Below are positions 10,097-18,637 of a stretch of 64,000 bases of DNA, in pieces. The position numbers and the translations under genes are program-made. The DNA lies in the NCBI GenBank assembly GCA_025355465.1, contig JANXZO010000058.1:6164-70163 (forward strand), written 5' to 3'. The stretch's first letter is position 1; each line of letters starts with the position of its first letter. Below the pieces are notes generated by a model. It saw only the letters and a list, made by a program, of their open reading frames with translations, did not search any database and was not told where the DNA came from. This stretch comes from Bacteroidales bacterium. Its GTDB lineage: Bacteria; Bacteroidota; Bacteroidia; Bacteroidales; FEN-979.

Positions 10097-10873
10097 AACC
10101 CTTTTCAAAAGTTCGGCAAAATTTACCAATCCGCTGATCTGTAAGATGGTTAATACCACCGATGCAACTATTACCGCACGGATGAATCCTGCCCCTTTTT
10201 TTACTGCCAGGTGGGAGGCAATGAGGGCTCCAATGATGCTGCCGGCAGAGAGGATCAACCCGTAGAGGTAGTTTACTTTACCGTCGATGACGAATACCAG
10301 AAGCGCAAAGATGGCGTAGAAGAAAACGATCAGGTTTTTAACGGCATTGGCTTTCACCAGATCGTAGCCGACACCCAGCACCAGCGACATCAGCAGGAAA
10401 TAGCCCACCCCTACCTGAATAAATCCGCCGTAAAATCCAACAACAAAGAAGATGACGAGCTGCCACCATTTTATTTTTCCCGACAGCATCACCGGGTTCT
10501 CCTTCAACCATTTGTCCGGTTTGTAGAAAAGGAAAAAGAGCATGATCACCATGGCAACGGCCATCGCAATTTCGATAACCCGCGTATTGACATCTACGGC
10601 CAGGTAGGCCCCGAGGATCGCCCCGATGGTAGCAGGAATACTCAACCATACGGGCTTCAGGTTGTCGAACATCTTCTGCCGTGTAAAACTCCCCACCGAC
10701 GAAAGTGTCTGAAAAAAGATACTGATCCGGTTTGTTCCGTTGGCAATGTTGGCCGGTAATCCCAGGATCAACAATAACGAAAGTGAGATTACCGAACCTC
10801 CGCCAGACAGCGTGTTGATAAACCCAACCACGATACCTGCGAGGATAATTACAACGATGGAGGTAAAACTCAT
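10088..10873 (-). CDS. TauE/SafE-family anion (sulfite) exporter membrane protein
   Basis: 261 aa and polytopic, with internally duplicated halves carrying GGGSV-type motifs (LSGGGSVISL). Confidence 0.75.
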   Translation of the reverse strand: MSFTSIVVIILAGIVVGFINTLSGGGSVISLSLLLILGLPANIANGTNRISIFFQTLSSVGSFTRQKMFDNLKPVWLSIPATIGAILGAYLAVDVNTRVIEIAMAVAMVIMLFFLFYKPDKWLKENPVMLSGKIKWWQLVIFFVVGFYGGFIQVGVGYFLLMSLVLGVGYDLVKANAVKNLIVFFYAIFALLVFVIDGKVNYLYGLILSAGSIIGALIASHLAVKKGAGFIRAVIVASVVLTILQISGLVNFAELLKRVLS

Positions 10874-10885
10874 GATGAAAATTAG

Positions 10886-10919
10886 GAGTTAAGAGTGAAG
10901 AGTTAAGAGTGAAGAGTTA
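10886..10919. repeat. Tandem heptamer array (GAGTTAA/GAGTGAA), about 5 units
   Basis: The sequence gagttaagagtgaagagttaagagtgaagagtta lies in the spacer between the permease stop (10967) and the TauE start (10873). Confidence 0.9.
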
Positions 10920-10966
10920 CATCAATATTTCCTAATGAAAGGTGATGGTTTAACAAATATCGATTG

Positions 10967-12754
10967 TCAATTATCGGTCGTTTTTTGTTTGCTGTGACGC
11001 TTGCTATACAAAAAATAAATCACCAGTCCGATGATCAGCCACACCAGAAAGCGCAACCAGTTTGTGATTCCGAGCTGTGCCATCAGGTAGAAGTTGGTAA
11101 GCAGTCCCAGCACCGGTATGAGTGAGAACTCGTTGCGGATGCTGAAAAAAGTGATCAGGACGGCAACGATGATAAAGAGTATCACAGGAAACTCGAACCG
11201 GAAGAGATCGGCCAGTCCGAAGGAGGCAAAACGGGTCATCTCGGGCGGACGCCAGAACCAGAGCAGGGTGAAAACGGCAAGCCAGATCAGCGGCAGGAAG
11301 TAACGGCTGTTGAGGTAGGGAACCCGAAATCCCTTGTCGATATTGAGGTTGCTGTTCTTTTTCCAGCCGTTCTCGAGCACCAGCACGCCACCCGAAACCA
11401 GCACGAAAGCAAAGAGTGTCCCAATGCTGGTAAGGTCGGTCATTTCGGTAAGATTCATGAACAGCGAAGGAACCGCCACGAGAATGCCGGTGATGATCGT
11501 AGCAAACCAGGGAGTTTTGAACCGGGGATGGATCTTCGAAAACGAAGGAGGCAGCAATCCATCGCGGCTCATGCTCATCCAGATACGTGGTTGTCCCACC
11601 TGGAACACCAGCAACACGCTGGCCATGGCGATCACGGCACTTACCGCAATCACGCCCGAAATCTTCGTCAGGTGAAGCTTTTGAAATGCATAGGCCAGTG
11701 GGTCGCCCACACCAAGTTCACCGTAGTGAATCATTCCGGTGAGGACGAGGCTGATCATCACATAGAGCACCGTGGTGATGATGAGGGTCAGGATGATGGC
11801 CCGCGGCAGGTCGCGCCGCGGATTGCGACACTCTTCGGCTGTGGTGGAGATCGCATCAAACCCGATGTAAGCGAAGAAGACTCCCGAAACTCCCTTCAGC
11901 ACACCGGTGAGCCCTTGCGGTGCAAAGGGATGCCAGTTTCCCGGGTCGATGTAAAAGGCCCCGACCCCAATGATCAGCAGGAGGATCCCGATCTTGAGCA
12001 GCACCATCGTGTTGGCCGCCACCTTTGTTTCGTAAATGCCGATGTAGACCAGTCCGGTGATGAAAACCACGATGGCAAAGGCGGGGATGTCGGCAATGAG
12101 CCTGACCCCTCCCACCACCGGGGCCGTTTGCCAGGCTGTATAAGCTTCTCTGAGGGCATCAGAGAGACCGGAGAACGGTACGCCCCGTGCCAACTCCAGC
12201 ATCGCAGCATGGTAACCCCGCGCTGCAGAAAGATAGTCGACCGCCAGGTAGTCGGGCAGATGCAGACCCAAACCACCCAGCAATCCGGTAAAGTATTCGG
12301 ACCAGCTGATGGCCACCGCGATGTTGCCGATGGCATACTCCATGATGAGGTCCCATCCGATGATCCAGGCAATGAGTTCGCCGAAACTGGCATAGGCGTA
12401 AGTATAGGCGCTTCCGCTGATGGGGATGAGGGAGGCGAACTGGGCATAACACAGGGCCGAGAAGGCGCACGCAAGGGCTGTAAAGACAAAGAGCAGGGAC
12501 ACGGCCGGACCTCCGCTGGCAGCAGCGGTGCCGATGGTGCTGAAGATACCGGCACCGATCACTGCTGCAACCCCCAGCCCGGTGAGATCATATACATTCA
12601 GGCTCCGCTTCAGCTCCGAAGTTTGCCCTTCGCCCGATCGGGCATCGCCCAGGATCTGGCTGATCGGTTTCTTCCGGAAAAGGCGGGAGGAGGCCAAGTT
12701 GTAATTTTTCGGTAAAGGTAGGATTTTGACGTTTATCCGGCACCCACGAATCAA
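10967..12754 (-). CDS. APC-superfamily amino acid permease (cationic amino acid transporter-like)
   Basis: About 590 aa and polytopic, with YDLTGLGVAAVIGAGIFSTIG and FAYIGFDAISTTAEE motifs. The ORF-track start at 12754 is TTG, and no in-frame ATG occurs near the N-terminus, so the true start is uncertain. Confidence 0.85.
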   Translation of the reverse strand: MIRGCRINVKILPLPKNYNLASSRLFRKKPISQILGDARSGEGQTSELKRSLNVYDLTGLGVAAVIGAGIFSTIGTAAASGGPAVSLLFVFTALACAFSALCYAQFASLIPISGSAYTYAYASFGELIAWIIGWDLIMEYAIGNIAVAISWSEYFTGLLGGLGLHLPDYLAVDYLSAARGYHAAMLELARGVPFSGLSDALREAYTAWQTAPVVGGVRLIADIPAFAIVVFITGLVYIGIYETKVAANTMVLLKIGILLLIIGVGAFYIDPGNWHPFAPQGLTGVLKGVSGVFFAYIGFDAISTTAEECRNPRRDLPRAIILTLIITTVLYVMISLVLTGMIHYGELGVGDPLAYAFQKLHLTKISGVIAVSAVIAMASVLLVFQVGQPRIWMSMSRDGLLPPSFSKIHPRFKTPWFATIITGILVAVPSLFMNLTEMTDLTSIGTLFAFVLVSGGVLVLENGWKKNSNLNIDKGFRVPYLNSRYFLPLIWLAVFTLLWFWRPPEMTRFASFGLADLFRFEFPVILFIIVAVLITFFSIRNEFSLIPVLGLLTNFYLMAQLGITNWLRFLVWLIIGLVIYFLYSKRHSKQKTTDN

Positions 12755-12921
12755 GGTTTCATCTATTTGCCTTGTAGCGCCTTGTCCGACCGCCCGTCTA
12801 TCAGATAAATAGACGCCTTATCATAGGTTGGGTATAACACATGGAAAGTCCTCCTGCCGTGAGGGTAGTATCAGGTTGATAGGCTATTTTAAATAGTCAT
12901 CAATGATTATCTTTTTTTGGT

Positions 12922-13275
12922 TCACATGGTTGCCCATGCGTTGGGATGATTCATTAATTCCGCCAGATTATCCGGTATTACCTGCCAGCGAAGTCTGAAT
13001 TTATCGATTTCACTTTGATCTGCACAGGTAATAATAAACGAAACTGCATCATTCAATGAATTATGCTCTTTTGCACTATTCATAAGCGTATAATTCTGAT
13101 CAAAGATTTTTATTTCGCACAATTCTGTATATCCACTCGGGGTTTCTCCCAGGGATACAATGTTACCAGCCTCGAAATCAGGTCCAAAAATACTTTTATA
13201 GTAGAGAATGATCTTCGAAATATCACCATTATCCTATCTAAACCAGATACATGGCGCGATTTTATTGTTTTTCAT
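12922..13275 (-). pseudogene. PhnB-like / 3-demethylubiquinone-9 3-methyltransferase-domain (VOC-fold) gene with an in-frame TAG and an internal deletion
   Basis: Hand translation from the ATG at 13275 gives MKNNKIAPCIWFR*DNGDISKIILYYKSIFGPDFE..FIITCADQSEIDKFRLRWQVIPDNLAELM. The TAG is at 13234-13236. The segment normally found between the ..EIDxxW.. and ..WQVIP.. motifs appears to be missing. Confidence 0.55.
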
Positions 13276-13368
13276 GATAGTTCCTCCATTTTATTATTTC
13301 AATTTTTACGAAAAAACTCAGGTGGGCTGAAAGTTCTGTACACGTTGATAATTGCAGCTTTCCTCCCA

Positions 13369-14052
13369 CTAAAAAATAAAAGGGATAAGACGATACTTTA
13401 CCTTTTTACAATACTCCTGATATCCCATTAAATTTTGTTTCAATTCCCTTTCTTCATCAATCGCTCTGTAAACAATAACAGCAATAAGAATCGGAAGAAG
13501 GAACAATCCATAATAAGATCCTAAGGCTACCGGCGTGAACAGTAATAAAACCAACGCTCCGGTGTACATGGGATGTCTCACAACTCCATACAATCCGGTT
13601 GAAACTACCTGTTGCTTTTCCTGTACTTCTATCGTTGCACTTAAAAATGTATTTTGCTTGAAAACATAGTACAACAGTACAAAAGACAGCGCACATATGA
13701 TGTCGGCAGCATAAGAAATTTCCAACGAAACATTTGACCATTTGTTTTTATAATCCAATGCCGATATAAGAAATAATCCAATGAATGCTAAACCGGCAAC
13801 GGACTGAATCACTTTCTGTATTGTTCGTGTTTCCGCAACAGGACCGGCAGCCAACCGACTTTTCAACAAATGTTTGTCGAACAAAAACAGATAAACGGTA
13901 ATCCAAACCACAGAAAATGCAAACACGAACAAATACACCCAGGCCAGGTTGTAATCAAAGCTTCCGTAAGATACAAACAACACCGTGCACAACACACAAA
14001 TCAAAAAAACTAATCCGGCGCCACTTTTCAATATCAATTCGGACTTTTTCAT
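13369..14052 (-). CDS. Isoprenylcysteine carboxyl methyltransferase (ICMT)/phospholipid methyltransferase-family membrane protein
   Basis: Polytopic, with GLYGVVRHPMYTGALVLL. The likely start is MKKSELIL at 14052; the ORF track extends to 14136. Ends with TAG at 13369-13371. Confidence 0.7.
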   Translation of the reverse strand: MKKSELILKSGAGLVFLICVLCTVLFVSYGSFDYNLAWVYLFVFAFSVVWITVYLFLFDKHLLKSRLAAGPVAETRTIQKVIQSVAGLAFIGLFLISALDYKNKWSNVSLEISYAADIICALSFVLLYYVFKQNTFLSATIEVQEKQQVVSTGLYGVVRHPMYTGALVLLLFTPVALGSYYGLFLLPILIAVIVYRAIDEERELKQNLMGYQEYCKKVKYRLIPFIF

Positions 14053-14140
14053 CTCTTGTACCTCCTTTGCAATCTTGTCATTAAATAGAACGGTAACGAC
14101 TGGCTGTTTAGTGACATGTAATGCTTCGCCTCTCAAATTT

Positions 14141-15178
14141 TTAAAAATAAGTTTTTACCGCGAATTCAAATTGGGAGATAAATATCTCTTTGAATTTTGA
14201 CAAGTTATTTTGTTCGTAAAACAGCAACATTGCCTTTTTGTAACCAACCGAGTCAACAGTCCTGAATGACATTGGGCAATGATTGCAACTCATTAAAATC
14301 GCGTTACTCACAATTCTTGCCGTTCTTTTATTTCCGTCCATGAATGGCTGGATGTAAGAAATCAACAATAAAATCAGCAGTGCCTTTTCAAACACATTTT
14401 CTTTCCTATTTACCAAATCGCAAGTTGAAAGTAATGCTTCTCGTATTTTAAATTCGTTGTCCATTGGTCTGTAATTCGTACCCGATATCCCAACCCTCCG
14501 TCTTCTCAGGTTTTTATCAACTGCCAATTCCTTTACCAGAAGGCTGTGTATATCTTCAATTTTCGATATTGTCAGCGGGATCAAGTAATCCGGGTTGTCA
14601 ACAATGAAATCTATGGCATCCTTGTGGTTTAAAAGCATTACTGCCTCTTCTTTTGTCTTCCCGGAAGCAGTCTCCTTTTCTTTAAGTAACCTTTCCGTTT
14701 CAAGTAAGGAGTATGTGTTTCCTTCTATTTGAGATGATTTCCAGCTTAAATCGATGGCAAGTCGCTCCAATTCCCTTCTAAATTCAAATTCTGACAACTG
14801 CGAAATGTTGGCCGTGTATTTTACCTGAAGTTCGGATAGCCATGTAAGTTCAGATTTACTCAGGATTTCAACTCTCGCCAATAAATCAAAAATATCGTGG
14901 TTGAATTCTTCCCTTACCTGCCTTTCGTCAATTTCCTTCTTATAATAATTATCTAAATCTATCGGGTAAAGTAACTCGTATGAAGGTGAAATGAAGTATC
15001 TGGTCCCCTTCCCTATTCCTGTTGAAACCAGATGATTCTTCGCTAATAATTGTGATATTGTTCTTTTGATGGTAGCGTAGCTCGTTGCAGATGCGAACTC
15101 TTTATGAACCTCGCCTGAAGAGCAGTTAGGATGTATTTGAATGAAATTTATAATCTCTATTTGTCTGTTATTTGGCAT
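14141..15178 (-). CDS. Fic-family protein (AMPylase-type) with N-terminal winged-helix
   Basis: Carries the Fic motif HPFMDGNKRTAR (HxFx[DE]GNxRxxR). The N-terminus IINFIQIHPNCSSGEVHKEF looks like an HTH. The likely start is MPNNRQIE at 15178. Confidence 0.85.
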   Translation of the reverse strand: MPNNRQIEIINFIQIHPNCSSGEVHKEFASATSYATIKRTISQLLAKNHLVSTGIGKGTRYFISPSYELLYPIDLDNYYKKEIDERQVREEFNHDIFDLLARVEILSKSELTWLSELQVKYTANISQLSEFEFRRELERLAIDLSWKSSQIEGNTYSLLETERLLKEKETASGKTKEEAVMLLNHKDAIDFIVDNPDYLIPLTISKIEDIHSLLVKELAVDKNLRRRRVGISGTNYRPMDNEFKIREALLSTCDLVNRKENVFEKALLILLLISYIQPFMDGNKRTARIVSNAILMSCNHCPMSFRTVDSVGYKKAMLLFYEQNNLSKFKEIFISQFEFAVKTYF

Positions 15179-15335
15179 ATTCTTACATTGTGGCTCACAA
15201 ATATACGATATACGGCTCACTTTTATCTGCCAATGAGCTAAATTTCTTTAAAAATGAGCCATAACGCCCGACTACTAAACTTATCAAAGGCAGCTTAATC
15301 AGCCACAATCATTTCGAAATTAAGAAACGCCTGCC

Positions 15336-16133
15336 TCAATCGATATATATTTCTCCAGTCATATACAATTTCCCCTCCCCTCCTATATAACATCTGTCAT
15401 CTCTGAACTCACAATACAACTCTCCGCCTCTTTTTGACAATTGCCTTGCAACAAGTTTTCTTTTGTTTAACCGACGGCTCCATAACGGGATAAGAGATGT
15501 ATGTGCTGATCCCGTCACCGGATCTTCGTCAACGCCAGACTGGGGTCCGAAAAAACGTGACACAAAATCAACGGATCTGCTCTCTGCGGTCACAATCAAC
15601 CCTCTTGCTTTGAGTTTCGAGATTCCGGGAAGGTTTGGCGTTAATTCCTTCAAAACCTTCTCATCTTCAAGTATCGCGATCAAGTCAGTTTTGCCCTTAA
15701 GAACTTCTGCTGGCCTGACTCCGATGCAATCTTCTATCTCTTTTGCGACTGAATCATCAACATTTTCCAGATCGTCAGTTGGAAAATCCAACACATAATG
15801 ACCTTCTGTCCTGGTCACCTTTAATATTCCGCTCCTTCTCGACAGAAAACTGATTTCCTTGCCGGATATGTGATAAATCTCAAACAATATCAGGGCTGAT
15901 GCCAGGGTAGCATGGCCGCATAAATCCACCTCTACGGTTGGTGTAAACCACCTTATCTCGAAGTCTTTACCCACAGGTACCACGAAGGCGGTTTCTGCCA
16001 AATTATTTTCATTACCGATCGATTGAAGAAGGTCATCATCCAACCATTGATCCAAAACACAAACTGCGGCAGGATTCCCTTTGAATAACTCCTTTGTAAA
16101 GGCATCTACCTGGTATAGCTTTATTTTTTTCAT
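15336..16133 (-). CDS. PhzF-family isomerase
   Basis: 265 aa with LYQVDAFT..FKGNPAAV, CGHATLA and GSAH, typical of the PhzF/DAP-epimerase-like fold. Confidence 0.82.
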   Translation of the reverse strand: MKKIKLYQVDAFTKELFKGNPAAVCVLDQWLDDDLLQSIGNENNLAETAFVVPVGKDFEIRWFTPTVEVDLCGHATLASALILFEIYHISGKEISFLSRRSGILKVTRTEGHYVLDFPTDDLENVDDSVAKEIEDCIGVRPAEVLKGKTDLIAILEDEKVLKELTPNLPGISKLKARGLIVTAESRSVDFVSRFFGPQSGVDEDPVTGSAHTSLIPLWSRRLNKRKLVARQLSKRGGELYCEFRDDRCYIGGEGKLYMTGEIYID

Positions 16134-16185
16134 TTTGACAGATTTTCAATTTTATAAGGTTGCAATCCGGTTTACCTGTTTTGCT

Positions 16186-16650
16186 TTAATATTCTCCCTT
16201 AATTACAAAATATGACCCCCGGATTGTTCCTGCAAGTATAGATTTCTGCCTGGCAAACTTAAACTTTCCGTTTAACTCCTTTGGCACCTCCATCCCCTCT
16301 GAAAGCTTAAACCCAACGGCTCGCTTTTTGGGATCATCAACCGTGTACAAGACATTGACGGAAAGTCCATCCTCATAAAAGACATAAGCCCACCGGATAT
16401 TTTCCACCTGAAAATTCGATGTTTCCAACGGCCTGGCAGAAAATTCGATATCACGTTCTACTTTTAAAATCCGGTTCACATAATCAAGGGTTTCGCGGCT
16501 TTCGTCAGCCGGAATAACGATAAATTCATGTTTGTACTTTTTCATAAAGTACCGAGCTTCATTAGCCCGTAAACCAGCAAGTTTTTCGGCTACGGGTGAC
16601 GATTCAAAGCCAACTGTGGAGACGTTTTTAAAATCAACAGGGGAGTTCAT
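16186..16650 (-). CDS. Hypothetical protein; possible lipoprotein that has lost its 5' end
   Basis: 154-aa ORF. In-frame upstream codons read ..EEIAFVKLPFVAGCNNTKRKK-MNSPV. That is a lipobox (VAGC) with no upstream start codon before a TAA. Confidence 0.45.
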   Translation of the reverse strand: MNSPVDFKNVSTVGFESSPVAEKLAGLRANEARYFMKKYKHEFIVIPADESRETLDYVNRILKVERDIEFSARPLETSNFQVENIRWAYVFYEDGLSVNVLYTVDDPKKRAVGFKLSEGMEVPKELNGKFKFARQKSILAGTIRGSYFVIKGEY

Positions 16651-16825
16651 TTTCTTCCTTTTAGTATTATTACATCCAGCGACAAACGGTAGTTTTACGA
16701 ATGCGATTTCTTCACCAGCTTATATCATAAATGAGTCGTCAGGTCTGACGGTATCACTTCTACGATTTGCCGAAACACCACCCATTGGATTTTTAGGACT
16801 TCTGTTATCTCCTGCAAAAAAACCG

Positions 16826-18087
16826 TCAAGAGAGATGACCAATTGGTAATGAAAAGTAAAAAGTCGTTCCGGTTCCGACCAAACTTTCGACCCAAATTTT
16901 CCCATTGTTTTTTTCAATAAATTCTTTGCATAGAATCAAACCCAGTCCTGTTCCATGTTCTTTTTGTGTGCCTTGCGTTGAATAAACTTCATTAATTTTG
17001 AATAATTTATTGATTCTCTCTTTTGATATTCCAACTCCAGTGTCGATTACCGAAATGGTTAACTCATTCTGCTTGACAACTGACGTAATTGTAATTTTTC
17101 CATTGGGCTGAGTGAATTTTATTGCATTAGAAATCAAATTTCTCAGCACGGTGCTAAGCATGGCTTTATCGGCATTAACTTGGATGCCAGACGAAAGCTT
17201 ATTTGAAATGATGATAGACTTTTGTTCAGCGTTACCTTTCATTAAAAATATAGCTTCGTTGGCAATTGTTTCTATTTCGCAATATTCAGGTCTGTATTCC
17301 ATCCGGCCAGATTGCGATTGAGCCCATTCCATAAGGTTCATAAGCAAATCCATTGCTCTATTAGTTGATTGCCGCACGATGTCAGCAAATACTCCAATTT
17401 GTTCATAGTCCTTTTCATTGACCTTTTCAAATACTTTAATGCCTTCAGCTAGTGCAAGAAAAGTCACAAATAAAATACCACCACCAATAAATAGGACTTC
17501 GTGTGGCACGCAGTGCCCAGCATGAAGTCCACGTTGAACAAAATCCATTGGTACTGGTTTCCTATGCACTTTACGCCAGAAGTTTCAGTTTAATGGCATC
17601 CGGATGGATTCCGAAAGATAAATTGAGTGGTTCTTTCTTAATCGCAATTGAAACATCACTTTTTGCTCCATTAAAATCTTCGAGTGCATTTTTAGCCAAC
17701 GCCTTGGTCATATATAATCCGGCCTGAGTATAACCAAGTTTTTCAGAAATTTCTAAATCTTTTAATCCATTTTTATTATCATCTAACAAACATTTCATTC
17801 CTCCACGAATAAAATACGCATCACAATTAGTTGGATTAACAGATACTTCTTTATCCATTTTCATAAGTAGACTCCTATAATTTCCATCCTTAATAAGTTT
17901 CGTTACTTCTTCTTTTTTTACACTTTTAAAACTTTGCGTAAAGTAGACTTCAAATTTTGTCTGAAATTGAGATTGTGAAAATGAGGATGTCCAAACAAAA
18001 AAACTAATTGTTATTAAAATTAGACTTTTCGTATGCTTATTGGAGTTGGATAAAAACTTGATTACACGAAAGTTAATTCAATTTAAT
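16826..18087 (-). pseudogene. Decayed signal-peptide/TPR/TM/histidine-kinase sensor gene
   Basis: The upstream frame (18087..17571) reads ..NKHTKSLILITISFFVWTSSFSQ.. plus a TPR-like segment, with no ATG/GTG/TTG start upstream of the internal ATG at 17864; it stops at 17571-17573. A 1-nt frame change leads into ORF 16826..17569, which has a TM segment (VLFIGGGILFVTFLALA), a dimerisation helix and an intact HATPase_c (NLISNAIKFT, DTGVGI, GTGLGL). No H-box histidine is visible where ..SHE/D.. is expected (FLALAEGIKVF). Confidence 0.55.
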
Positions 18088-18277
18088 TTTTATAACTGCT
18101 AACAATTGCCTTGCCGGTAACCCCTTTCTACCCCCAACCTCATCTCTCCTGTTTCAATCGGGAAGACGAAATTGGTCTTCCATTGGTTCTCCTGTTTAGC
18201 GGCCGAATTCACCGTAAACCAGAAGTCAGGACTGGGTGGATATTATTCCATCCCGAGAGTAGTTGGTAGTTCCTATT

Positions 18278-18625
18278 TCAAAACGGCATCCCACCCATCG
18301 GGTCATCGACTTCCAAATCGCCGGGTAAATCCTGGGGAAACGGCTTTGTTTGTTCTGTTCCGCCTTTTCGTGTACACTTCCAGGCTTTCACCTCGGTGTA
18401 CCAGCGGCCGTTGTATTCGCGGCTTTCGAGGTCGAACATGACTTCGGTTTCATCGCCTTCGGCCAGGGGGAACTGGTCGATCTTGTCGCCCCACAGGGAG
18501 AAGCAGACTTTTCTCGGAATTTTATCGCTGGTTTCAAGGATGTACTCCTGCTTTCGCCAGGTTCCGTTTTTCCCGGTACCGGTTTGAAGCGGGAGCAACC
18601 GGATGATCTTTCCTGTGATCTCCAT
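18278..18625 (-). CDS. DUF3127-family protein (OB-fold-like, common in Bacteroidota)
   Basis: 115 aa. The N-terminus MEITGKIIRLLPLQTGTGKNGTWRKQEYILET..KVCFSLWGDKIDQF matches my recollection of DUF3127. Confidence 0.75.
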   Translation of the reverse strand: MEITGKIIRLLPLQTGTGKNGTWRKQEYILETSDKIPRKVCFSLWGDKIDQFPLAEGDETEVMFDLESREYNGRWYTEVKAWKCTRKGGTEQTKPFPQDLPGDLEVDDPMGGMPF

Positions 18626-18637
18626 AAAAGATAGGTT

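Noticed and set aside
11528-12715. A long plus-strand ORF (395 aa) lies antisense to the permease. Similar long antisense ORFs occur at 25471-26535, 32407-33177, 34900-35541, 36147-36788, 37550-38293, 40762-42120, 42136-42996, 46230-47096, 52998-53687, 58213-58848, 59179-59820 and 62688-63326.
   Set aside because: Each one fully overlaps a gene with clear family motifs on the other strand. Their translations are Arg/Gly/His/Asp-rich low-information sequences with no recognisable motifs. This is the typical shadow-ORF pattern of moderately GC-rich coding DNA.
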